Shown here: one piece after another, positions 49,601 through 58,992 of the stretch
How positions within the stretch are numbered: the first letter of the stretch is position 1
Layout: each line of letters begins with the position of its first letter
Assembly (NCBI RefSeq): GCF_963921235.1
Contig: NC_086105.1
Location: 102,114,001-102,178,000 of the forward strand
Direction of reading: 5' to 3'
Length of the DNA: 64,000 nucleotides
Source: Mobula hypostoma
Lineage: Eukaryota
Notes under the pieces: generated by a model
Told to the model about the DNA's origin: nothing
The model's database searches: none
What the model saw: only the letters and a program-made list of their open reading frames with translations
Position numbers and translations under genes: made by a program

Positions 49601-52600
49601 TTTCATAAATAGATACACGAAATAAAAATATAATTATGTTACAGAAGAGCTTAGGAAAGCCCTGTTTAAGTTATCAGAAAAATCTCATTTGGTTCTGGTC
49701 ACTACACCTTAGGAAAGGTCCTCAAGTATTTGAGATGATGTAAGGCAAGAGATCTAGCAATAAGGTTAGGCTAGAGAATCTGTTCTCCCTAGGGAAAAGG
49801 AAGCTGAGGGGAGATTTAATTGATGTGTGTGAGATTATAACAGATGTAGACAAGGGAGACAAAACAAAAGCTGTTGTTATGAGCCAGTAATTGAAGAGCC
49901 AATGGACACAAACTTCACACTTCGGGCAAAAATATAGAGAAATGTGAGGAAGAACCCACAGTTTGTTTTTATATAGCAAGTGGTATCAAACTGGCATTCT
50001 TAGCCTATACGAGTCACTGAAGCAGAGACTATTAATGATTCAAGAAGAAAATTAGATACGTAGATCATCAATAACTTTGCAAGGCTAGGTGGCCAGAGCA
50101 GGAGAATGAAACCCATAGGATTGTTCTACACAATTCTAACATGGCTCGAGTGGGCAAATGACCATGTGGCTCAAGATGGCTTTGGTAACTTCTAAGTTAA
50201 AGAAAGGCAAACTACTTATTATTATTGTTTCTCCACACAAAAAAGTTGCATATTTGGTATGCAACAACCACAGACATTCACCTTGTTGCAGTCAAAGTAA
50301 TTATTTCCCATACCTGATCAGCAGGTACAAGAAACAGCAAAAAATCTCCAACTTCATCACCATCTAGATCTGGAAGCACCAGTGCAGGACTAATCACTGA
50401 AAGGTCAGCAGTAAGACTGGTATTGAGTCTCCACAATGTTTCACCTTAAATATAATGCACAAGGCAAAATTTTTAAGTATTCATGAAAAATCAAATGCCA
50501 AATAAAGGTATAGATTGGTTTTAGAAATTACCAGCAATCAACATGCTGGATTATCCACTGCTCTTATAATTAAACCATTAAAATCTTAATTTTTACATTT
50601 TCTGCTATTGTATTAAGGTGGACACAATGCAAAATTAAAGTACATGAAATGCATATTGAGTAACTTGACAGAATCTAAAAAAAACTGCTTATGTGAAAAT
50701 TAATGGGCCAGATCACAAGGAACCACACATCATTCAATCTTGGGCTTCGCAGCACACCTACGTTTGTAAAACACCTACAGGTTCACAATAAAAGCAAGTG
50801 TTGCACTTCACCATCTCTGATTACTAGGTGATATCCTCTCCTCAGTAAGCAGAGAAGAGGTACTCAACTCCCCATTCTTTGCCATCAAAGTGAACAGGAG
50901 CTGGAAGGAGCATCGTGGCTGCTCATTCTTTGGCCATCATTAACACAAGAATATCTCCAAGTCAGAGGAAGGACATATCGCAGACCAGTCCCTAACGAGT
51001 TGAAATGTTGCCACTTCTGCTATTTCTTCCTGCATTCTTACCACCCCTCCAATTTCCCTGTTTCTTCGCACTTCTACCAGCATCCCATCTCATCTCTCTC
51101 TTATCCCTCTCCTTAAACTCTTAAACTCTCTCATCATCTCTATGCATTGGCCTTTCAATTCCGTAAGTAAAAAAAACTTACTGCTCTCCAGTTTTAGTTA
51201 ATAGGTTATGAACCTTTTCATATTTACAGAAATCTTAGTTTATCTAATCTATTTAAATAACTGCTCCATGATTTTGTCTCCGTAAATATTCAAAATATTT
51301 ATGATAAAGTCCTTCAGAGAACACTATCATGAAGTTAAATATATTCTAAATCTATGTCAGAGGAACTGATTGTAGAAAGGTAATGATTGATTCCGATAAC
51401 TAGGCATCCTGAAGACCATCAAGATTTTGTAGACGACATTCAATGTGTTGAATAGAAATATCACTGAACTTAACAGGCAAAATCAGAATCTGGAAAAGGT
51501 TTCACTTCACCATCCCCAATTACCAGAAGATATCCTCTTCTGAGAAGAGAATTACTAGCCTCCCACTCTTTGCCTTTAAACGAATATGAGCTAGAGAGAG
51601 CAGGGTGGTTGGCCATCATTAACAGAAGAATATCTTCTTCAGAGAACACTACCATAAAGTTAAATATACTCAAAATATATACCAGAAGAACTGATTGTAG
51701 AAAGGTATTGGTTGATTCCAATAACCAGGCACCCTGAAGACTTTGTACCACCAAGATTTTGTAGCCCACATTCAATGTGTTGAATATCCTCTGTTAGAGC
51801 TGTCTTCCAAAGGAGGCTCCCATTTGTTCCGGAGAGAAGTGTTAGATGTGCACAAGGATGGGAAAGGCCCTCTGAAAAAGCAAGTCAGAATAAAATTTAA
51901 CTGGGAATTAGTTATTATACCATTGAGTATTTACATAGACAAGGAAATTAAAAAGCATTGTTTAAAAAAAAACCTCTCCTTTGCAGCTCAATTTCAGCAG
52001 GAGATTATGAAAATATAAGATGTAAAATTTCAAAGTAAAAAAACACACTTGATATTGTAAACCCACCAGTTCACAATTACACCAATTTGTCATAGAATCA
52101 TACAGTGTGGAACCAGGCCCCAGAGCCCAACATATCCATGTCAATTGTGTTGTCCAGTGAGCTAGTCCCTTCTGCCTGCATCTTTCCCACAGCCCTTTTC
52201 AACTCTCTGATCCAGTACTTATCTAGGTGGCTTTTAAATGTTGCTAATGAACCCATCCCAACCACTAGTTCTGACAGCTCATTCCAAAATATGGAGCACC
52301 CTTTTCAAAGGGAAGCTGCCCCTGATGTCCCTTTCAAATCTCTCACCTCTGATCTTGAACTTATGCCCTCATTTTTCACACACCTCCCTGGATAAAAGAC
52401 TATGTACTTTCACCCTGTCTGTGTCACTCATGATCTTATATTCCTCTATCAGGTTATAGAATCATACAGCATGGAAACTGACCCCTTGTCCCAACTGGTC
52501 CATTCCAACCAAAACATCCCACTTTCTAGTCTCAGTTGCCCGTGTTTAGCCCATAATACTCCAAACCCTTCCCCGCCATATTCCTATCCAAATACTTCTT

Positions 52601-55023
52601 AAATGTTGCAGCTGTACCTGGCTCAACTACTTCCTTTGCCAGCTCATTCCAGGTACTCACTATCCTCTGTGGAAAGAAGTTACCTCTTGGGTCCCTTTTA
52701 AATCTCTGCCCTCTTATTGTGTATGTGCCCTCTGCTTTGGACTCCCCAACCCTGAGGAAAAGACTATGACCATCCACTTTATCCATGCTTCTCATGATTT
52801 TATAAACTCCTGAGGCCACCTCTCATTCTCCCATCTTCCAAGGAATAAAGATCCAGTGTTGCCGACCTCTTCTTCCAACTCAGACCCTCTAGTCCATGTA
52901 AGATTGTTGTAAATCTTTTCTATACCCTCTCCAGTTTGACAATGTCCTTCCTATAACAGGGCGACCAAAACTGTACACAATTCTCCAAGTGCAGTGTCAC
53001 CGATGACATACAGCTGCAACTTAATACACCTTCTCCTAAACTCTAGGTCTTGTCTGACCAAGGCGAGAACGTGAAATACATTCTTCACCACCGTCTACTT
53101 GTGTGGCTGCTTTCAGCAAACTATGCACCCCTAGGCCCCGCTGTTCTACAACACCAGCCATGGCCCTAACATTCACAGTACAAGTCCTTTCCTGGTTTAA
53201 TGTCCCAAAAAGCGCTATCTCACATTTTTTTCTGAATTGAAAGCCATTTGACAATCTTCAGTTCACATATCTAGCTAACCAAATTCCCTGCCTGTAATTT
53301 TTCATAGCCTTCTATATTACATACAGTACTACCTATTTTAATATCATTTGCAAACTTACTAACCATGCCTTGTACATTAATATCCAAGTAACTTATATAA
53401 AGTACAAAATACAAAGGTCTCAACATCAACACCTGTGACACACCACTGGACACAGGCTTGCAGTCTGAGGAACAACTCTTGACCATCATCCTCTGCTTTC
53501 TACCATGGGGCTAATTATAAATCTAATCTGCTTCCAGACTAGCCTGCCATGAATGATCACATCAAGATCTTGCAACACACTTCAAAGTTGCTGGTGAACG
53601 CAGCAGGCCAGGCAGCATCAATAGGAAGAGGTACAGTCGACGTTCCAGGCCAAGAGCCTTCGTCAGGACTGACGAAGGGTCTCGGCCTGAAACGTCGACT
53701 GCACCTCTTCCTAGAGATGCTGCCTGGCCTGCTGCATTCACCAGCAACTTTGATGTGTGTTGCTTGAAATTCCTGCATCTGCAGAATTCCTCGTGTTTGC
53801 AACATCAAGATCTTGCTAAGGTCCATATGGACACCAGCCAATGTCCCACTCTCATTTACCACTTGGTTACCTCCTCGAAGAACTCCAGGAAAGGACAGTA
53901 AGAAAAATGTAAGCTGTTTCACTGAGATTGTGATATACAGAAATTAACTACAAATTTTTGGAATATGCCAAGATATTTTTCAGAAAAGAGTGATATTTTA
54001 TAATTTTCTTCATTCCTTCATACAAATTAGTACAATGAGAAAACTCTGAATTTCATTATACTGCCCTCAAATTATATTCTAATTAAATGGAAAAGTGGTA
54101 AAGCTAATCGGTGAGAATACCAAGGGAAGAGAATATTGTTAGGTTCACTATCAATAACTTTTCAAAAGGTTCAGGACCTTCAATACATAAAGAGCCAGCT
54201 TGATTTAATTATGAAAATCAGCAATCTGTATAATTAAAGTGAAGGCATCAAGTTAACAGCAAACTGAAGTAATACAGAAATTGGAGTACCAATATAATAA
54301 AAGCAAAACAAAAATATCATGCACAACTACGATAGTCCCTTACCGTCATATGAACACGATCCATTGTTAGTGTCGTTGGCGTCCTTGAATGCAAACATCA
54401 CATCTGCAACTTTGTCTTTGTTCGCATCCCACAGTGTGAGAAAAGGGTAAGTTACTGAAATACGATAAATGAAAAAATATTTTCAGGTCTCAATATCTTA
54501 TTTCTGTTTAATGAATTGAGTATGTTTGTATCTTCTCAAATAGCAAGAACTCAAGAAAATATAACCAAACTGCTTTTAGAAATCTTGAAATTATTGACCT
54601 GTCAATAAAACTAACAAGTAAAATTTAACATATAAAAAAGTAATATTTCTTTAAAATGATAAACATTTAAATCCATATTGCTCTTATTATTTTGCATAAT
54701 TTAATGTAATTATCCAAGTCTCAAGAATGATAAGAAACACATTTAACTTTACCTGCATTTTCAAATGTTCCGGTCCATGTCCTTTGTGATGAAGGCCTCA
54801 CTGGGCAAGGAATTACGAAGGAAAATGCAAACACCACCACAAGGCATAAAAATAAGACCAAGAAAAAAGCAGCGGTTCTCCACCAGGAAAGCTGACGAAA
54901 TTTTGTAACCTTTTTGGACTTGGTTTCTTTGGGCTTGTCAGAAGCTTCATTCAAGTCTTGAGTTCTGACTTCTTCATTTTTCAGAGGATGTATCTCTGCC
55001 TCTAAATCTTTGTTTTCAGTCAT
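28419..55023 (-). CDS. fam234a: FAM234A / ITFG3 type II membrane beta-propeller protein; complement(join(28419..28627,33791..33902,35017..35166,38918..38999,41225..41371,41666..41816,44051..44210,50314..50444,51683..51871,54344..54454,54753..55023)), 570 aa
   Basis: Eleven GT-AG exons join in frame (1713 nt). N-terminus MTENKDLEAEIHPLKNEE; TM segment WRTAAFFLVLFLCLVVVFAFSFVIPCP; FG-GAP-like DANKDKVAD and PDLDGDEVGD; C-terminus FYRMRYSS*; head-to-head with luc7l as in human. Confidence 0.94.
28730..29420 (+). mobile_element. CR1 RT fragment
   Basis: YRPVSLTSVV, QHGFLKGKSCLTNLLEFFEE. Confidence 0.88.
29820..31340 (+). mobile_element. Rex1/Babar-like LINE 3' end split by a hAT element
   Basis: IKDPHHPGHALFLLLPSGRR...RFKNSYY-type motif at 29830-29960; resumes at 31251 and ends in an actttgaacttt tail. 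Confidence 0.65.
30110..31242. mobile_element. hAT/Charlie-type non-autonomous element
   Basis: 8-bp TSD TTCTATAG at 30102-30109 and 31243-31250; right end GGTTGAGAAACACTC; left TIR partly deleted. Confidence 0.7.
31490..33600 (-). mobile_element. old CR1 fragments interrupted by an RTE and an inverted CR1 piece
   Basis: LYKSLARPYL, IYLEFQKAFDN; a plus-strand CR1 3' piece at ~33130-33340; boundaries approximate. Confidence 0.65.
31765..32793 (+). mobile_element. RTE-clade LINE 3' fragment
   Basis: ELLYVDD, FTYPGGVIS, LLYGSEVW, FHQRCL; CCATCACCATCA tail. Confidence 0.85.
33791..33902 (-). CDS. fam234a: fam234a exon (LQEGFSEKSYNLYMVHPSHPNVILELRNSTENVIAFT)
   Basis: Two in-frame acceptors (exon start 33902 or 33896); gtaagt donor. 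Confidence 0.9.
35017..35166 (-). CDS. fam234a: fam234a exon (VTIVDGKSGKILWE...IFLFWGELPTQNNVS)
   Basis: tag acceptor, gtaagt donor, 150 nt. Confidence 0.92.
35330..35710 (+). mobile_element. old degraded PLE GIY-YIG fragment
   Basis: Colinear with 23040-23410 but heavily diverged; a degraded pLTR/hammerhead follows at ~37340-37500. Confidence 0.6.
37740..38245. repeat. interspersed repeat (RTE 5'-UTR-like), copy 2
   Basis: Colinear with 16050-16630. Confidence 0.7.
38918..38999 (-). CDS. fam234a: fam234a exon (VPLPGYFNMDDVFDFLIEDFIEKDKKK)
   Basis: cag acceptor, gtttga donor; phases fit both neighbours. Confidence 0.88.
41225..41371 (-). CDS. fam234a: fam234a exon (SQTTKYLQQVHVPGKNAG...LLDGQSLQTCW)
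   Basis: cag acceptor, gtaa donor, 147 nt. Confidence 0.92.
41666..41816 (-). CDS. fam234a: fam234a exon (NGQGVALKDIY...KSDPEWEKK)
   Basis: cag acceptor, gtgagt donor, 151 nt. Confidence 0.92.
44051..44210 (-). CDS. fam234a: fam234a exon (GISVNTLIFLLISGKNG...HITNTGAYYILFIQ)
   Basis: tag acceptor, gtaact donor, 160 nt. Confidence 0.9.
44248..46655 (-). mobile_element. non-autonomous Gypsy-type LTR retrotransposon: 3' LTR 44248-44868, PPT 44869-44882, tRNA-Pro PBS 46011-46025, rearranged 5' LTR 46029-46655
   Basis: TG...CA LTRs; PBS TGGGGGCTCGTCCGG 3 nt from the LTR end; purine-rich tract before the 3' LTR; integrase-tail-like RSQRSRNPPPRPPERLTY; no RT, RNase H or integrase core. Confidence 0.88.
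45330..45867 (-). pseudogene. captured myosin heavy-chain rod fragments inside the LTR element
   Basis: AELNAQGCRLETEC...IEELESTLVKV, LEEAGGVTASQIEMNTKRESELLRL, and (after a 1-nt frameshift) LQEAEEAAEAAQAKCSSLEKTKQQLQ match separate, non-adjacent parts of the sarcomeric myosin II coiled-coil. Confidence 0.8.
46656..47286 (+). mobile_element. solo LTR of a related but distinct family
   Basis: TGTAAGG...TCTTACA ends; shares short motifs with the first LTR (gctgagg..aaaatgg, gagctccaacg, tggygcctttt); followed by CATA, which matches 44244-44247. Confidence 0.75.
47463..49012 (-). mobile_element. Tigger/pogo-type non-autonomous DNA transposon, second copy
   Basis: TA TSDs at 47461-62 and 49013-14; reverse complement of 6054-7482; ORF 48185..48673. 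Confidence 0.9.
49030..49293 (-). mobile_element. V-SINE (HE1-like, tRNA-derived head)
   Basis: Head GCGCGCCACGGTAGCGTAGCTGTTAGCAC; V-domain GTGGGTTTTCTCCGGGTGCTCCGG..CCCACAGTCC. Confidence 0.75.
49320..50170 (+). mobile_element. old CR1 3' fragment
   Basis: ADKWQMEFN; LRGDLIDV. Confidence 0.7.
50314..50444 (-). CDS. fam234a: fam234a exon (GETLWRLNTS...PDLDGDEVGDFLLFLVPADQ)
   Basis: aag acceptor, gtatgg donor, 131 nt. Confidence 0.92.
51312..51454 (-). pseudogene. degenerate local duplicate of the 3' half of fam234a exon 51683-51871 plus adjacent intron
   Basis: Aligns to 51637-51786; 7-bp deletion; GT donor lost. Confidence 0.85.
51683..51871 (-). CDS. fam234a: fam234a exon (EGLSHPCAHLTLLSGTNGSLLW...CLVIGINQYLSTISSS)
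   Basis: cag acceptor, gtatat donor, 189 nt. Confidence 0.92.
52092..53890 (-). mobile_element. CR1 LINE fragments (two tandem 3' ends)
   Basis: FFPQRIVSTWNEL, VSKFANDIKIG; atagaatc tails at ~52092 and ~52456. Confidence 0.8.
53574..53801. mobile_element. palindromic PLE-pLTR element with head-to-head hammerhead motifs
   Basis: 15-bp TSD ACATCAAGATCTTGC at 53559-53573 and 53802-53816; ~95-bp inverted arms centred at ~53667. Confidence 0.88.
54344..54454 (-). CDS. fam234a: fam234a exon (VTYPFLTLWDANKDKVADVMFAFKD...SCSYD)
   Basis: cag acceptor, gtaagg donor, 111 nt. Confidence 0.93.
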
Positions 55024-55119
55024 ATTCCTAGTCTACATCACAATACGAATAGCTGAGTTTCTTATTCAGAACGTTCTTCTCCTCTTGGAGCAACTCTCCT
55101 CACCTTGCCAGTACACTTC
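54753..55119 (-). CDS. fam234a: fam234a first coding exon (ATG at 55023; 5' UTR 55024-55119)
   Basis: cag acceptor at 55120-22; gtaaag donor; encodes the cytoplasmic N-terminus and TM helix. Confidence 0.93.
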
Positions 55120-57004
55120 CTGTAAGGGTTAAAAACAGAATTTACACAATACAGAAATCTTTTTGTCACTGTGAACATCAGGTGAAAGAATATGCATTCA
55201 GCAGTAAGTAATCTCTTCTATTTGCTCATCATCATTTTGCAAAAATCTTCCAGAAAATATAATTTCAAGTCCCAAACAACCACAGTTTATTAGACTCACC
55301 AACAGAAGACAGAAAGGGAAGTTACACAACACCACAAGAAATGTAATCAGTACACTTACGTCACTGGTGCAACAGAAAAGTCTATTAAGCGACATGAGAA
55401 AACCTATTTACAACAGAAACAAGTTCTAGATATTCAAGTATTACTTTTGGGAACATGAAAAACATGAATTAGGCCATTTGGCCCGTCAAGTCTGCTCTGC
55501 CATTCAATCATGGCTGATCCTCCCCCCCCACCTTAACCCCAGTTCCTGGCCTTCTCCCTGTAACCTTTGATGCCATGTCCAATCAAGAACCTATCAATCT
55601 CTACCTTAGTAAGACCATAAGACATAGGAACAGACTTAGGCTATCTATAGTCCAATTAGCAACAAAATCCAAACTGCTGGAGGAAGTCAGCAGGTCAGAA
55701 AGCATCTGTCAAGACAAAGGGATAGTTGATATTACAGGTTGAGACCCTACATCAGGACGAGATTTTGTATCAGAACTCTGGCCCATTGACTTCCACCAGT
55801 AATTTGTTTTTGGTCAGATTATAGCATCTGCTGCCTTTTGTACCTGAATCACCCATTTTGCAGCAACAAACAATCTGCTGGAAGAATCCAGCGGGTTAAG
55901 CAGTATCTGTGGGACGAAAGGAATTATCAATGATTCAAGTCAAAACACTACATCAGGACTAAAGTCTTCCAGAGGATTTTTTTTTGCTCCAGATTCCAGC
56001 ACCTGCTGTCTCCTGTGTAACCCAATCTGTGTTTGGTTTCTCCAGAGCGGAGGTCATATTTTTGTCAACCATCCCTCTCTTCCTTTTTGATTTATCTGTA
56101 TATTCTAGCCTGCTGGCATGTCATGAATTTCACAACAATAGTAATACATAAAGAAGTTACTGCCTTTAACAGCCACACTATTTCACTCTATTGTAGAAAC
56201 TTCCTTTGTTGCCCTCCTCTGTTACCTAAGGTAACCAATTTTCTTTCTTTCTCTGTTTTGAGGCTTATAGACCCACTGAACTGTTGCTACATTTTCTACT
56301 TTTATCTAGATTAGTTCCATTTAAGCTTTTTCATAAACACCAACGATTCAAAAAGACATTGACCCAACAAAAGCAACGACAGAAAAAATTTATTTAGTAA
56401 CATTTCAGATACATTTATCTAGTAATATTTGCAACATGAATAATATGTTATATTATTCAAGTCTATGCTGCATTTTTCCATGTTTAAAATTGAAAGTGAC
56501 GGTATAAATTTAAATAAGAAATCAAACAAGTTCATCTTTATGAAACACATCTTTCATTCCATTTAGAAATCTCACCATATTTCGAGAATCGTGCGCCCTG
56601 ATATATATGCATATGGTTTTTGAAATACAGTGGATATATAGACACAAACGCACACGCAATGTGTAAAAATTCTATAAAGTGAAGATGCTTTCATAGTTAT
56701 AGAACAGTACAGCTCATAAACAGGCCCCTCGGCCCATTTACTCCATGCAGAATCACTTAAACTGGCTACTCCCATTGACTAGCATCGGGACCATGGGACC
56801 ATAGTCCTCCATATACCTACTATCCACGTAAATTTCCAAACTTCCCTTAAACACTGAAACTGAGCACACAAGAACCTCTTACACTGGCAATTCACTCAAC
56901 ACTCTCACGATCCTCTGATGAAGAACTTTCCCTTCATGTTCTCCTTAAACATTTTTACCTTTCACCCTTAACCCATGATCTTTAGTTGTAGTCCCACCCG
57001 CCCA

Positions 57005-58295
57005 TAATGAAATGAAACGTTTCTAAATATCAAAAAAAATACTAGAAGGAGCAGTAAATGGTAAAAAAAAACTAAATCAAATCAATATTTGGTGTGACCA
57101 GCCTTTGCCTTTACAATTGCTTCAATTCTCTTAGCACTGTTGTGTTGTTTTATAAGAAAATCTGCTGGTAGGTTGTTCGAAGCATCTTGGAGAACATGCT
57201 ATAGTTCTTCTGCACAGGTGGTGTGTTTGGAGTCATTGTCATGCTGCAGAATGAAGTTAGGACTGATCAGACACCTCCCTGATGGTATTGCACAATGGAT
57301 GAGAATCTGTTTGTACTTCTCAGTATTGAGGATTCCTTTGATTCTCACCAGATCACAAACTCCATTTGCTCCAAACCTGCAGGGAACCTCTGCCATACTG
57401 CACTGTTGGCTTCAGGCACTTATCCATGTAGTGATCTTCAGCTCTTCAACAGACAAACTGCTCCTGTTTGCGTAAAAATGTAAAATCTTGACTCGTCAGT
57501 CCAAGCACTTGCTCCCTTTGTTCAGTACCCTTGTCTGTGTTTTTGTGTGTAGGTGAGTCTTTTGGCTTTGTTACCACCTCAGAGGAATGACTTTTTGGCA
57601 GCAACTCTTCCCTGAAGACAACTTCTCCGGACTGTAAAGGGGTGTACTTGGGTTCCAGTGGTTTCTCTTAGTTCAGAACTGATAGCAGTGCTGGACCTCT
57701 TCTGATTTAGAAGATGTATCTCTCATCTGCTGCACTCAGTTTCCATGGATGACCACCACTGTGTTTCTGGTCCTCATCCTTGCCTGCTTCTTTGTGCTTC
57801 TTCAAAAGAGCTTGGACAGCACATCTTGAAACTCACATCTGCTGCAAAATTTCTGCTTGGGAGAGACATTGCTGATACACAATGGCCACCTTGTGTCTTG
57901 TTACTAGGCTCACTCTTACCAAGGTGTAAGATTTGATGATTTGAAGACTAAATTGTCAAATCTGCCACATCCTCACCTTTTAAGTTTGGTTGGCTTTTGC
58001 CCAGTTTGATTCCTCCTACACCCGTTTCTGTTTCAATTTATCATTTAGTTCATTCAACTCATTATGTCATTGATCATTAGCGTCCTGTTTGCTATTTTTA
58101 TTTAACCATACCTATAAAGTAATCAAGTTTTTATTTGAAAAGTGGACATTACTTAATATGCTAGTTAATGAAACAGAACAAAATTCTCTGTAATATTAAT
58201 TTTTATGGAAATGATTGTTTATAAATCTAACGTGCTCTTTTCTAGTGGCACATGAATGCAGAAGACAAAACATAAAAATCTAAAACAAAATTATA
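57005..58295 (-). mobile_element. degraded Tc1-like transposon
   Basis: ORF 57199..57396 GILNTEKYKQIL...FILQHDNDSKHT matches the Tc1 transposase QQDND.KH motif; boundaries approximate. Confidence 0.8.
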
Positions 58296-58589
58296 AAAAT
58301 TTATATATACACACACGTGTGTGTTACTCTAGATTTCCAGTGTCAACTGAATTTCTTGCCTTTATTCCCTTTAAGTTGTGAATCATCTTCAACTGATCTC
58401 AATACACATTTTTAATTGGTAAACTTCTTATCAGGAGATTTACAGGAGTCATTCCATAACAGGCTCAGAGGTATAAAATGACACCAAAATAAAATCGTCA
58501 TTCTTCCAACCCAAAGAGACCAAAATGATAGTACAAATAACAACCACCCCTCTGCATAATATTTAAACATTTGTCCAACAATTCCTTAC

Positions 58590-58665
58590 TGCAACCACCA
58601 GCAGTCACCGACTCCAATTCTCCACCCAATGCTTTCAACCACTGTCACGTCCGTTTCCTCGTCTA
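58590..58665 (-). other. fam234a: probable non-coding exon 1 of fam234a (TSS approximate)
   Basis: GTAAGG donor at 58584-58589 at the edge of the CpG-rich promoter. Confidence 0.6.
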
Positions 58666-58830
58666 GAGGCCGAGCACTGCGCATGCACGCTTGGTTCACG
58701 ATACTCTCTGGGTATTGTAGTCCATTTCCGGACAGGCTACAACACAAGATCTTTATATATACTACAACTCCCAACAACCCTCACGGTTTGTTCGTTGTGA
58801 GAGTGCCCGGAAGGTTGGTACGTTACCGAG
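58665..58830. promoter_or_regulatory. bidirectional fam234a/luc7l promoter
   Basis: NRF1-like TGCGCATGCA at 58678-58687; two oppositely oriented ACTACAAnnCCCA (ZNF143/THAP11-type) motifs at 58704-58721 (-) and 58761-58780 (+); ETS CCGGAA on both strands (~58726, ~58807). Confidence 0.82.
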
Positions 58831-58931
58831 GGAGAGCGCCGACTAGGCCTCGGATTCACGGCGCAGTGTTTCCGACATTTATGCAGTAACATTTTGTTTT
58901 ACAATTAACAAAATAATCTTGAAACAATAAA

Positions 58932-58992
58932 ATGTCTGCTCAAGCTCAAATGAGAGCGATGCTGGACCAGTTAATGGGCACATCCAGGGACG
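58932..58992 (+). CDS. luc7l: LUC7-like U1 snRNP-associated splicing factor, coding exon 1 (MSAQAQMRAMLDQLMGTSRD)
   Basis: Characteristic LUC7 N-terminus; 61-nt coding exon; gtaagt donor; luc7l assigned by synteny with fam234a. Confidence 0.93.

Noticed and set aside
51470-51775. 101-aa hydrophobic ORF
   Set aside because: It is an alternative frame of the fam234a exon running into the intron.
53574-53801. Palindromic elements as class II MITEs, pre-miRNAs or a CRISPR-like array
   Set aside because: The arms are PLE pLTR sequence with variable 9-15 bp TSDs and variable centres; they are dispersed with no spacer structure, and the DNA is eukaryotic.
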